From: an uncultured Alphaproteobacteria bacterium
Lineage (GTDB): Bacteria; Pseudomonadota; Alphaproteobacteria; Rhodobacterales; Rhodobacteraceae
DNA: 64,000 bases
NCBI GenBank assembly: GCA_963847795.1
Contig: CAWKBH010000006.1
Span: 401,559-465,558 of the forward strand
Direction: 5' to 3'
The first letter of the stretch is position 1. The number at the start of each line of letters is the position of its first letter. The notes under the pieces are model-generated. The model saw only the letters and a list, made by a program, of their open reading frames with translations, made no database searches and was not told where the DNA came from. A program made the position numbers and the translations under genes. Shown in pieces: positions 42,632-52,513 of the stretch.

Positions 42632-43612
42632 ATGCGGTTTGCCACACGTCTGAACTCCTTCCTGGCCAACCCGGGCGCATTCTGGCCGGACCTCACCACG
42701 AAGCCGACGCCGCTCGAGCTGGCACGCCGGGCGGCCACGGTGGACGGCCTGACCGACCTCGATCTGAACTACCCCGACCATCTGACCGAAGCACCCGGCA
42801 CGGTCGCCGGCCGCCTCGGCGACCTGGGGCTGGCGGTCAACGGCTTCGCAATGCGCTACTACACCAACCCCGCGTTCAAGATCGGCGCGTTCACCAACCC
42901 GGAACCGGCCGTGCGACGCGAAGCGATCGATCTGACCAAACGCGGTATCGACGCGGCCCGCGAGGCGGGTGCCAACCTCATGACCCTCTGGCTGGGGCAG
43001 GACGGCTTCGACTACGGGTTTCAGGCCGACTACGACGCGATGTGGTCGATGGAGGTCGAGGGCATCCGCGAGGTTGCCGAGCACGATCCGGACTGCATGA
43101 TCAGCATCGAGTACAAGCCCAACGAACCGCGGTCCTACAGCCTGCTCGGCAACTGCGCCGCCACGCTGCTGGCGATCCGGGAAGCCGGCTGTCCCAACCT
43201 CGGGGTCACGCTGGACTTCGCCCACGTGCTCTATGCAGACGAGCAGCCTGCCTTCGCGGCTTCGCTGGCGCATCGCCACAGCAGGCTGCTCGGCGTGCAC
43301 CTCAACGACGGCTACGCCAAGCGAGACGACGGGCTGATGGTCGGCGCCGTGCATCTCACGGCCACCCTTGAACTCCTGCTTCAGATCCGGCGCGACGGCT
43401 ACGACGGCGCGCTCTACTTCGACACCTTCCCCGACGCGACCGGACTTGATCCGGTGGCCGAATGCGAGGTCAACATCGCGACCGTGAAGCGGCTTCTCGC
43501 CGTCGTCGATCGTCTGGAAGCCGACAATCGCCTGTCGGCCGCCGTGGGCCGACAGGACGCGGTGCAGAGCCAGTCGCTCGTCACCGCGGCGCTGATCCGC
43601 GGCGCCGCATGA
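42632..43612 (+). CDS. Xylose-isomerase-like TIM-barrel sugar isomerase
   Basis: GAFTNP, WLGQDGFDY, IEYKPNEPR, LDFAH, HLNDG, YFDTFP. Confidence 0.85.
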   Translation: MRFATRLNSFLANPGAFWPDLTTKPTPLELARRAATVDGLTDLDLNYPDHLTEAPGTVAGRLGDLGLAVNGFAMRYYTNPAFKIGAFTNPEPAVRREAIDLTKRGIDAAREAGANLMTLWLGQDGFDYGFQADYDAMWSMEVEGIREVAEHDPDCMISIEYKPNEPRSYSLLGNCAATLLAIREAGCPNLGVTLDFAHVLYADEQPAFAASLAHRHSRLLGVHLNDGYAKRDDGLMVGAVHLTATLELLLQIRRDGYDGALYFDTFPDATGLDPVAECEVNIATVKRLLAVVDRLEADNRLSAAVGRQDAVQSQSLVTAALIRGAA

Positions 43613-44529
43613 CCTCCGGGCGACCCGTGGGCGAGAGCTGGCCGAACGGCGCGCCGGCAGCGACGGGCCCGCGTATGCGGGACCCGCGGACCATCGGCCC
43701 CCGGATCAGAATGATGATACCCAACCTGACCGCGGCGGAAGGACATGTGGTCGAGACGATGCTCGCCAAGCGCGACTTCGACGAGAAGACGCCCCTCCGT
43801 GAGGTGGCCGGGGCCGCCTCTGTCTCGGAAGCGATGGTCGTCAAGATCGCGAAGAAGTTCGGCTTCTCCGGCTTCAGGGAGTTCCGGGCCGGGCTTGCCG
43901 AATACCGCAGCCTTCCGACCGCGGACCTTCACCGGGAGGTCTCGCCCGAGGACACCGGCGCAGAGATCGCCCAGAAGGTTTTTCGCACATCGATCCAGGC
44001 GCTGGAGGAGACGCTCGCGATCCTCGATCCGGAGGACTTCGACCGAGCGGCCTCCTGCCTGCACGACGCCCGGCATCGCGACTTCTACGGGATCGGAGGT
44101 TCCGCCCAGATCGCACGCGACGTCGCGCACAAATTCCTGCGCATCGGCATCCGGGCGAGCGTCTTCGACGATGCCCACATGATGCTGATGTCGGCCTCCC
44201 TGCTTGGACCCGAGGATGTCGCGGTAGGCTTCTCGCACTCCGGCTCGACGGCGGCCGTGCTCGACCCTCTCCTGCTGGCGAGGCGTCGTGGTGCGCGCAC
44301 GATCGCGATCACGAACTACGGCGCCTCGCCGATCGCGGAGGTCGCCGACGTGGTGCTCTGCTCGACCGCCCAGGGCTCGCCGCTCCTCGGCGAGAATGCG
44401 GCCGCGCGGATCGCGCAGCTGAATATCCTCTACGCGCTGTTCATCGCAGTGGCGCAGCGGGATCTCGAGACCGCGGAGGCAAACCTCGCGAGCACCATGG
44501 GGTCCGTCAAAGGCAAGCGGAGGCGCTGA
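43609..44529 (+). CDS. RpiR/MurR family regulator
   Basis: VSEAMVVKIAKKFGFSGFREF HTH, YGIGGS, FSHSGST SIS domain. Confidence 0.9.
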   Translation: MTSGRPVGESWPNGAPAATGPRMRDPRTIGPRIRMMIPNLTAAEGHVVETMLAKRDFDEKTPLREVAGAASVSEAMVVKIAKKFGFSGFREFRAGLAEYRSLPTADLHREVSPEDTGAEIAQKVFRTSIQALEETLAILDPEDFDRAASCLHDARHRDFYGIGGSAQIARDVAHKFLRIGIRASVFDDAHMMLMSASLLGPEDVAVGFSHSGSTAAVLDPLLLARRRGARTIAITNYGASPIAEVADVVLCSTAQGSPLLGENAAARIAQLNILYALFIAVAQRDLETAEANLASTMGSVKGKRRR

Positions 44530-45410
44530 TGCAGCCATCGAGCGTTGCATGCGCCGTCGTGGTTGTCGGTAGCCTGCACTACGACATCATGGTCGAAGCC
44601 CCGCATCGGCCGCGAAAAGGCGAGACCGTGGCCGGCTATCGCTGGCGGCCGAAGTTCGGCGGCAAGGGTGGCAACCAGGCGGTCGCCGCCGCCCGGGCCG
44701 GAATTCTCACCAGAATGGCCGGCGCCGTCGGCGATGACGACTTCGGCGCTTACCTGCTGAAAGGACTTGACGCGGCAGGGGTCGAACGGAGCCACGTCAG
44801 TGTTCTCGCGGGAACGGCATCCGGAATGAGCGTCGCGATCTCCGAAGACGAAGGGGACTACGGCGCGGTCATCGTCTCCGGTTCGAACCTGGAGATCCCG
44901 GCGCACTCCCTGGCCGCAACGGATCTCTGGCGGGATGCCCGCGTTCTCCTGCTGCAGAACGAGACCGGCGAGGCGACCAACGTCGCGGCGGCCCGACGGG
45001 CGAGGGCTGCTGGCGCGCTCGTCTGCCTGAACGCGGCACCAGCTCGTCCGCTCGGATCGGAGTTGATCGGTCTGGTCGATGTTCTGATAGTCAACGCGGT
45101 GGAAGCCGAGATGCTCTCCGGCATCGTGGTGGAGACGATCGAGGATGCCCTGAGGGCCGCCCTCGATCTCCGACGCAACAACTGCAACGTTGTGGTCACT
45201 GCGGGGGGCGCCGGCGTGGCAGCCGCCTTCGAGGACGGCACGGTTTCCGCGCCCGCCTTTCCCGTGAAAGTGATCAGCACGCATGGTGCAGGCGATACGT
45301 TCGTTGGCGTCTTCGGCGCCGCGCTTGCTGGCGGACGACGTTTCGAAGACGCTGTCTCTGAAGCAAACCGGGCCGCAGCCGAGCACGTTGGTGCCGAACC
45401 CCGCTGGTGA
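44529..45410 (+). CDS. PfkB/ribokinase-family sugar kinase
   Basis: GGKGGNQAVAAAR, GAVGDDDFG, LQNE, NAAP, STHGAGDTF. Confidence 0.88.
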   Translation: MQPSSVACAVVVVGSLHYDIMVEAPHRPRKGETVAGYRWRPKFGGKGGNQAVAAARAGILTRMAGAVGDDDFGAYLLKGLDAAGVERSHVSVLAGTASGMSVAISEDEGDYGAVIVSGSNLEIPAHSLAATDLWRDARVLLLQNETGEATNVAAARRARAAGALVCLNAAPARPLGSELIGLVDVLIVNAVEAEMLSGIVVETIEDALRAALDLRRNNCNVVVTAGGAGVAAAFEDGTVSAPAFPVKVISTHGAGDTFVGVFGAALAGGRRFEDAVSEANRAAAEHVGAEPRW

Positions 45411-45536
45411 CGGTCACGACCACCGGGATCCTGGAAGGTCTCTCGGAGGCCGATCTATCAGATTTGCTTGACGAGCCGCCCCGAACCCGCAACAGCGAGG
45501 CACTGCCTCGCGCGGGTTCGTCGGCCGAAGCGCGTG

Positions 45537-45665
45537 AGCGCGGAGGCCGAGGGGCGTGCCGCCGGGACCGTCGCGTCGTAATCCGCGCGCGCCTGCCTGG
45601 GCGGCGCGGAACGCGCCTGCCAAGGGCAGGCAGGCGCGGGCGGATTTGTCTCCGCCAAATCCGCC
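45537..45665 (+). repeat. Structured intergenic repeat, copy 1 (REP/MITE-like)
   Basis: Hairpins CGCGCCTGCC/GGCAGGCGCG and GGCGGATTTG/CAAATCCGCC; aligns to the reverse complement of 50307-50435. Confidence 0.7.
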
Positions 45666-45768
45666 AAGTGAATGCGGCGCGGTCGCGCGTCATCCGGGCA
45701 GCGGTCGGAAGGGATCAACCAGATCCCGTATCACACTGTCGCCGGCTGATCGCATCGGGATACTGTCG

Positions 45769-45815
45769 GGCGCTCCGGGCGAACGGACCGCGCGGTGCGC
45801 CACTGGCGCCCCGCT
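45769..45815 (-). repeat. Partial copy of the same repeat family
   Basis: 44/47 identical to 50436-50482. Confidence 0.8.
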
Positions 45816-45862
45816 GATGCAGTGCGAACCGATCGGCGGAAGCCGCCGCGCCCGCGCGTGGC

Positions 45863-47283
45863 TCAGAGAACTTCGACCGCCGGCCGGTGCGCCACCGCCA
45901 CGTTGCGGGTTTCGAGAAAGCGGGCCGCCCGCAGGCACAGGTCCTCGCGCCAGGGCGCGGCGACGATCTGCACCCCGATCGGCGCAGCGCCGGCGGCGAA
46001 GACCGGAACGGTCGCCACCGGCAGGCCGATGCAGGAGAAGGGCTGCGCCAGCAGCCCCAGGCTCGGGCGCAGCGGCACGCGGCGGCCGCCGAGGTCCAGC
46101 AGCTTCTCGCCGCGGCGGGGCGCCGCACAGGGCGTGGCCGGCGCCAGCAGCAGATCGACGCCGCGCAAGGCGGCCAGCGCCTGCCCGAGCCACCAGCGGC
46201 GGACACGCTGGGCGCGGCTGACCCAGGCGGCGGGCAGCAGCGCGCCGGCCAGGAAGCGGTCGCGGATTCTCGGGATCGAAATCCGCGGCCCGGCGGCGCA
46301 GCCGCTCGAGGTGGAAGGCCGCGCTCTCGGAGGCCGTGATCAGGTAGGCGGCGGCGCGGCCCGCCTCGGCGGCGTCGAGGCGGACGCTGTCGATCTCGGC
46401 GTCCTCGCCCAGAGCCGCCGCCGCGGCGGTCACGCTGGCGCGGGCGGCCTCGTGGGCGTTGTCGCGGAACCAGCCGCCGAGCACGCCGACCCGCAGGCCG
46501 CGGACGCCGCCGGAAAGCGCGGGCGTGACCGGCTCGGCGGCACGGCGCGCACAGGCGTGATCGGCCGGGATCGGGGCCCTGCAGCGCGTCATAGGCCAGC
46601 GCGAGGTCTTCGGCGCTGCGGGCGAACGGGCCGAGATGATCGAGGCTGTCCACGAACGGGAAGGTGCCGCCGCGGCCGAGCCGGCCGTAGGTCGGCTTCA
46701 GGCTGAAGACGCCGCAGAGCGAGGCGGGCACCCGGAGCGAGCCGTTGGTGTCCGAGCCGAGCGAGACCGGCGCCATCCCGGCGGCGGTGGCGGCGCCGGA
46801 ACCCGAGGACGAGCCGCCGCTGATCCGCTCGGGATCGTGGGGGTTGCGGCAGGCGCCGTCGTGGACGTTGGCGCCGGTGAAGTCGTAGGCGTACTCGCCC
46901 ATGTTCAGGGTGCCGAGAAGCACCGCGCCGGCGGCGTTCAGCCGCCGCACCAGCGCGGCGTCGGCGGCGGCGGGCGGCCGGTCGCGGTTGATCTTCGAGC
47001 CGGCACGGGTCGGCAGCCCCGCCACGTCGAACAGGTTCTTCACCGCGAAGGGCACGCCCGCGAGCGGCCCGGGCGGCCGGCCGGCGTCGCGGCCGGCGTC
47101 GACGGCCGCGGCCTCGCGCAGCGCCCGCTCGGCGGTGATGTCGGTATAGGCGTTGAGGCCGGGATTGAGCGCGGCGACCCGGGCCAGCGCCGCGTGCGCC
47201 ACCGCGGTGGCGGTGGTGGCGCCGCCGGCGACCGCGCCGGCGATCTCGGTGGCGGAGGCCCAGGGGCTGACGGGGTCGTTCAT
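45863..47283 (-). CDS. atzE: AtzE-family amidase (1-carboxybiuret hydrolase-like); frameshifts near 46560 and 46270
   Basis: VPFAVKNLFDV, LNMGEYAYDFTG, GGSSSGSG, GSDTNGSLR, QPFSCIGLP; next to atzG. Confidence 0.85.
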
Positions 47284-47492
47284 CGGCGCTCCCCCGGGCT
47301 CCGGTCGGGATCGGGCGGCAGGTAGACCGGCGCCAGCTCCAGCGCCGCGTCGTCGAGATCGACCGCCTCCAGGACCGCCGCCATCTCGGCGGCCAGGGCC
47401 AGGAAGCGGGCCACCCCCGGCCGCTCGGCGTCGGCGATCTCCAGATCGAGGAGCGCCGACGCCGCGTCGAGGTAGGCGTCGAGATCGGCCAC
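47280..47492 (-). CDS. atzG: AtzG-like small subunit (DUF4089)
   Basis: MADLDAYLDAASALLDLEI...RPGVARFLALAAEMA...APVYLP; coupled to atzE. Confidence 0.8.
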   Translation of the reverse strand: MADLDAYLDAASALLDLEIADAERPGVARFLALAAEMAAVLEAVDLDDAALELAPVYLPPDPDRSPGERR

Positions 47493-47503
47493 GAGGCGGC
47501 GGC

Positions 47504-49076
47504 CTATTCGGCCGGCTGCACGGCGGCGTCGCCGATGCCTTCCCTCGGCCGAGACCAGGTCGAAGCGGGCGCAGACCATCAGGAAGGCGGCGACCATCGC
47601 GTAGCCCAGCGCCACCGCCGGCGTCACGTCGAGCCCGAGCGCCGGCCCGTGCATGAAGCCGAAGAAGGTCAGCACCGCGCCGGCGAAGGCGAAGGCGGCG
47701 GCCCGCTCGAACTGGCGCTCGATGATGAAGACGGTCACCGCGGCCAGGATCAGGCCGGTCAGGATCGCGCCGTTGCCGAGGATCGCCAGCCCGTCGTAGA
47801 GCACGCCCCCGCCCGCCATCTGGCCGACCAGATCCGGGGTGACGGTGACGCCGGCGGCCCCGAGCGCGCCGTCGATCATCGTCTTGGCCCAGGCGGCGAT
47901 GTTCGGCAGCAGCGCCAGCACGATCGCCGGCGCATGGCGCGCCGGCGTGGTCTGGAAGGCCTGCGCCCCGATCAGCATGCCGATGTAGAGCAGGATCGGC
48001 GAGATCGCCACCACCGGCACCAGCGCCAAGAGCACCGCGACGATGCCGAACCAGCAGAGCACCACCACCATGATGCCGGTGGCGAAGGAGTAGCCGATCC
48101 GCCCGCCCATCGACTTCCAGCCTGGATGGCCGATGTAGACGGCGTTGATGAAGGGATTGCCCATCAGGCAGCCGATCAGCGACACCACGCCGTCGGCGGT
48201 CAGCACCCGCGTGGTCGGGAAGTGATCGCCCGCGGCCTCGGCGCTCTCGACGTTGTCCATGGCCTCGACCAGGTCGTAGATCCCGAACGGGATCGCGGTG
48301 ACCAGGATCACGCCCAGGTACTGGAAGCCGTGGAAGACGTGATCGACCGCCGGGATCGGCAGCGAGAACCCGAAGTTGGCGAAGGCCGAGCCGAGGTTGC
48401 CGAGGCTCATGCCGCCGATCGGGAAGCCCAGCGCCGAGCTGCCCCAGGCGATGATCATGCCGAAGACGATGGCGACCAGCCCGGCCGGAATGCCGCGCGG
48501 ATAGCGCAGCCCGCCGAACCAGGCGACCAGGATCACCGCCAGGCAGAAGATGCCGATCGCCGGGGTCAGGAACATCTCCAGCGCCGGCCGCATCGAGATG
48601 AAGGCGATCGACACCCCCGCCAGCGTCCCGAGCAGGGCGGCGCGCGGGGTGATGTGCCGGATCCAGGGGGCGACGAAGCCGCCGATCATCAGGATGAAGC
48701 TCTGGAAGAACACCCAGACCAGCCCGGCCTCCCAGCCCTCGACCGGGTTCCCGGTCATCGTCGCGATCGGCAGCATGATCACGAAGGTGACCACGAACAT
48801 GTGCGGCACGCTGATCCCCGAGGGCAGGGCGCAGACGTCGTCGCGGCCGGTCTTCTTGGCCAGCCGGTACGCCAGCCAGGCGTAGTATCCGGTCGAGAGG
48901 AACATCATCAGCCCCAGCGCCGGCAGGATGCGGCCGAACACCAGCTCGGGCGGCATCTTCAGCACGTACTGCAGCAGTCCGGTGAGAACGAGCAGGTTGA
49001 CCAGGATGTTGGTGCCGAAGCCGAAGAGGGCGTTCCAGTCGCCCGGGGTCCAGAGCTTGGGAGCGGAGGTCTGCAT
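47504..49076 (-). CDS. Polytopic permease (NCS2/xanthine-uracil-permease-like); small frameshift near 47540
   Basis: Many TM helices, DVCALPSGISVPHMF, PRAALLGTLAG, NVESAEAAGD, VYIGHPGWK. Confidence 0.8.
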
Positions 49077-49091
49077 GGCTGTCTCCAGGGT

Positions 49092-49778
49092 TCAGGCCGC
49101 GCGGGCGGCGGAGCGGAGGGCGTCGGAAAAGGCTGCGGCGTCGCTGACCCAGCCGAAGATGCCGCCCTGGGCCTTGATCATCTCGAGGCCCACGCGGTGG
49201 AAGTCGGGGAAGTACGAGGCGCAGGCGTCACCGAGCGCCACGCAGCGGTAGCCGCGGTCGTTGGCCTCGCGGATCGTGGTGTGCACGCAGACCTCGGTGG
49301 TGACGCCGCAGACGATCAGCGTGTCGATCGCGTTGTTGCGCAGCAGCTGCTCGAGGTCGGTCTGGTGGAACGCCCCCTTGCCGGGCTTGTCGATCACCGG
49401 CTCGCCGGGGCCGGGAGCGAGCGCGTCGACAATGTCGTGTCCGGGCTCGCCGCGGACCAGGATCCGCCCCATCGGCCCGGGGTCGCCGATGCGCTTCGAG
49501 GGCGCGCCGCGGGCGAGCTTGGCCGGCGGCGCGTCGGAGAGGTCCGGCCGGTGGCCCTCGCGGGTGTGGATCACCAGCATGCCGGCGGCGCGCGCCGCCG
49601 CCAGCGCCCGGGCGCAGGGGCCGACCGCCCGCTGCAGCAGGGCCACATCGTTGCCGAGCGTCTCGCCGAACCCGCCGGGTTCGAGGAAATCGCGCTGCAT
49701 GTCGATGATCACCAGCGCGGTGCGCGCCGGCTGAAAGCGGATCGGGTCGGGTTCGGCGGGCAGACGGATTTCGCTCAT
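49092..49778 (-). CDS. trtA: Triuret hydrolase (cysteine hydrolase family)
   Basis: Asp-Lys-Cys triad (IDMQRDF, DKPGKG, TTEVC); [25 protein letters not shown] match TrtA rather than BiuH (GGY, TTDVC, QGGV) as recalled. Confidence 0.75.
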   Translation of the reverse strand: MSEIRLPAEPDPIRFQPARTALVIIDMQRDFLEPGGFGETLGNDVALLQRAVGPCARALAAARAAGMLVIHTREGHRPDLSDAPPAKLARGAPSKRIGDPGPMGRILVRGEPGHDIVDALAPGPGEPVIDKPGKGAFHQTDLEQLLRNNAIDTLIVCGVTTEVCVHTTIREANDRGYRCVALGDACASYFPDFHRVGLEMIKAQGGIFGWVSDAAAFSDALRSAARAA

Positions 49779-49849
49779 GGGCTCGGGGTCTTTCCTTTGC
49801 GTCGGGCGCGGCGCGTGGCTATGACGGCCGGGGATCGGGAGGCGGGACG

Positions 49850-50227
49850 ATGCTCGGGTTCGACGGGGACGGCGTGGCGGCCGAAATTCGGGCCGCCTTC
49901 GATCGCTACGAGGCGGCGCTGCGGGCGAACGACGTCGAGGCGCTGACCGGGTTCTTCTGGAACGATCCGCGGGCGGTGCGGCTGATGACCGAAGGCGGGC
50001 TCTACGGCTTCGCGGCGATCGCCGCCTTTCGCCGCGGCCGCGACCCCGCCGACCTGGCCCGCGAGCTGCTGCGCGTCGACGTGGTGCCGCTCTCGCCCGA
50101 CATCGGCGTGGCGACCGCGGAATACCGGCGTCTCGGCTCGGGCCGCCGCGGGGCGCAGTCGCAGGTCTGGATGCGGACCGCCGACGGCTGGCGCATCGCC
50201 TCGGCGCATGTGAGCCTGGCGCCGTGA
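49850..50227 (+). CDS. atzH: AtzH/HpxZ (DUF3225) protein
   Basis: [40 protein letters not shown]. Confidence 0.82.
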   Translation: MLGFDGDGVAAEIRAAFDRYEAALRANDVEALTGFFWNDPRAVRLMTEGGLYGFAAIAAFRRGRDPADLARELLRVDVVPLSPDIGVATAEYRRLGSGRRGAQSQVWMRTADGWRIASAHVSLAP

Positions 50228-50306
50228 CCCGACGCGACCAGCGGCAGAGGCGCCGGATCCCGCCCGATTAACCTTGGTCCGATCCGATCCGCGTCCGCCA
50301 TCCCGT

Positions 50307-50482
50307 CGGATTTGTCCGTCGACAAATCCGGCCGCGACTGCCCTCCCAGGGGCAGTCGCGCAAGCGCGACCGCCAGGACAGCCGCGCCCGGATTGGCGCG
50401 GTCCGGGACGCGCCACGCCCCTCGCCCTCCGCGCTGGCGCTCCGGGCGAGCGGACCGCGCGGCGCGCCACCGGCGCCCCGCT
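50307..50482 (-). repeat. Structured intergenic repeat, copy 2
   Basis: Hairpins CGGATTTGTC/GACAAATCCG and CGCGACTGCCC/GGGCAGTCGCG; homologous to 45537-45665 and 45769-45815. Confidence 0.7.
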
Positions 50483-50530
50483 CTTGCGGTCCGCGGCGCC
50501 TCATCCTGCAAGGCCCCGATCCGCCCGGTC

Positions 50531-52380
50531 TCAAGCCGCGTCCTCCGCGATCACGCGCCGCCAGTCTCCGACGGCGCTGACATCGCTCGCGCCTGCCGTG
50601 CCGGCCGGCTCGCAGAGGAACCCCTTGGCGGCGCTTCCATCGGCCAGCGCCACCGTGCCGATGCAGAGCGGCGCCGGCACGCCCGCCACGAAGGCGCCGA
50701 AGCTCGCCCGCGGCAGCGCCCAGACCTCGACGTGGATGGCGGCGCCGCCGGTCTCGCTCCGCACCAGGCCCGGCCGTCGCGGCGGACCGCCCGCCAGGCT
50801 GAGCAGCCGATAGCTCGCCGCCGTCCGCGCCTCGCGCAGGAACCGCGCCCCGAGCCGGGTGAGCTCGTGATTGAGCGGCAGCCCGGACATGTGCGCGCCG
50901 CAGACCACCAGCTCCATCTCGTCGGCGCCGGCCGTCGCGACCGTTTCCGCCGGCGGCGGGACCGGCCAGTCGGTGGCCCCTAGCCGGCGCGTCGCCCCAG
51001 CGCTCGAGCTTCCGGCCGACGCTTGCGATGAGCCCGTCCCGGCCGGCTTGCCCGAGCAGGGTGACGCTGCCCGGCCGGCCGTCGGCGCGGGCCGGGGTCG
51101 GCACGGTCAGGCCGCAGAGCCCGAGCAGGTTGACGAAATTGGTGTAGGTGCCGAGCCGCGCGTTCGGCCCGAGCGGATCGCGCTCCAGGTCCGCTACCGA
51201 GTAGAAGGTCGGGATCGACGGCACGCAGATCAGGTCCACCGCCTCGATCAGCGGCGCCACCTGCCGCCGCAGCGCCTCGAGCCGGTAGAAGCCGCGGAAG
51301 GCGTCGGTCGCCGACAACGCCGCCGCACCGCCCACGATCCGGCGAACCACCGGATGCACGGCCTCGGGGTCGCCGGCGAGCAGCGGCTCGAGCACGGCAT
51401 GCCGCTCCGCCACCCAGGCGCCGCCGTAGAGCAGCTCGGCAACCTCGTAGAACGGCGCGAAGTCGATCGGGACCGACGCGGGCGCCGAGATCCTCGAGCC
51501 CGGCGCAGGTGGCTTCGAAGGCGCGCGCCTGCAGCGCGTCGCCGAAAAAGCGCCGCGAGGCTTCGTCCGGAACCCCGATGGCAAGATGCGGCGGCGCGTC
51601 CCCGAGCGGCGCGACGGCGACATGGCGCGCGTAAGGGTCCGCCTCGTCGAAGCCCGCCGCGGCCCGGTAGACCTCGTAGGCATCGTCGACGCTCAGCGCG
51701 AGGATCGAGACCGCATCGAGGGTGCGGCAGGCCGGGACCACGCCGCGGGTCGACAGCGCGCCCAGCGTCGGCTTCAGCCCGACGATGTTGTTCAGCGCCG
51801 CCGGTACCCTGCCGGAGCCGGCGGTATCGGTGCCGAGCGCGAAGGCGACGAGCCCGCGGGCGACGGCGACCGCGGACCCCGAGGACGACCCGCCGGGCAC
51901 GATCTCCGGGTCGAGCGCGTTGCGCGGCACCGGATAAGGCGTGCGCAGCCCGACGAGGCCGGTGGCGAACTGGTCGAGGTTGGTCTTGCCGACCGGGATC
52001 GCCCCCGCCGCCCGCAGCCGTGCCACCACGAAGGCGTCGCTCTCGGCCGAGTAGGCGAACGCCGGGCAGGACGCGGTGGTCGGGCACCCGGCCACGTCGA
52101 TGTTGTCCTTGACGGCGAAGGGCATCCCCCAGAGCGGACGCGCCGGGTCGAACGGCCCGAGGGCCTCGGCCGCCGCGATGGCCGCGTCGCGGTCGATCAG
52201 GTGCAGGAATATCCCCGGGTCGCCCGCCGCCGAGATGCGCCGGTGCACCTCGGCGATCACGGCGGCCGGGCTGGCCCCGGCAGCATAGGCCGCCCGGAGC
52301 GCCGGGAGAGTGAAGGCGAGATCGCGCAGACCGCCCGCCGTCGGCGGGCCCAGTCCTTCGCGCTTCTCGCCGCTCGTCAC
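50531..52380 (-). CDS. atzF: Allophanate hydrolase; frameshifts near 51470 and 50985
   Basis: KTNLDQFATGLVG, GGSSSGSA, GTDTAGSGR, LLYGGAWVAER, GTYTNFVN, C-domain VCGAHMSGLPLN, GFLCE. Confidence 0.92.
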
Positions 52381-52513
52381 GCGCCGTCCCCTCGATGTCG
52401 CGGTGACACCCCCGCACCGCAACAGAGTTGCCGCTTCGCAGCGCTGACTTCTAATGCTAAGTTTTCACCGGAATGCTGACTTGAATGCAGCGCTGACGAA
52501 AGCTGACAGCCAA

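Noticed and set aside
47280-49076. Apparent permease-AtzG fusion
   Set aside because: A permease stop (TAG at 47504-47506) and a separate GTG start at 47492 are visible; a single indel explains the fusion
49092-49778. Biuret hydrolase BiuH call
   Set aside because: Signature segments match TrtA rather than BiuH as I recall them
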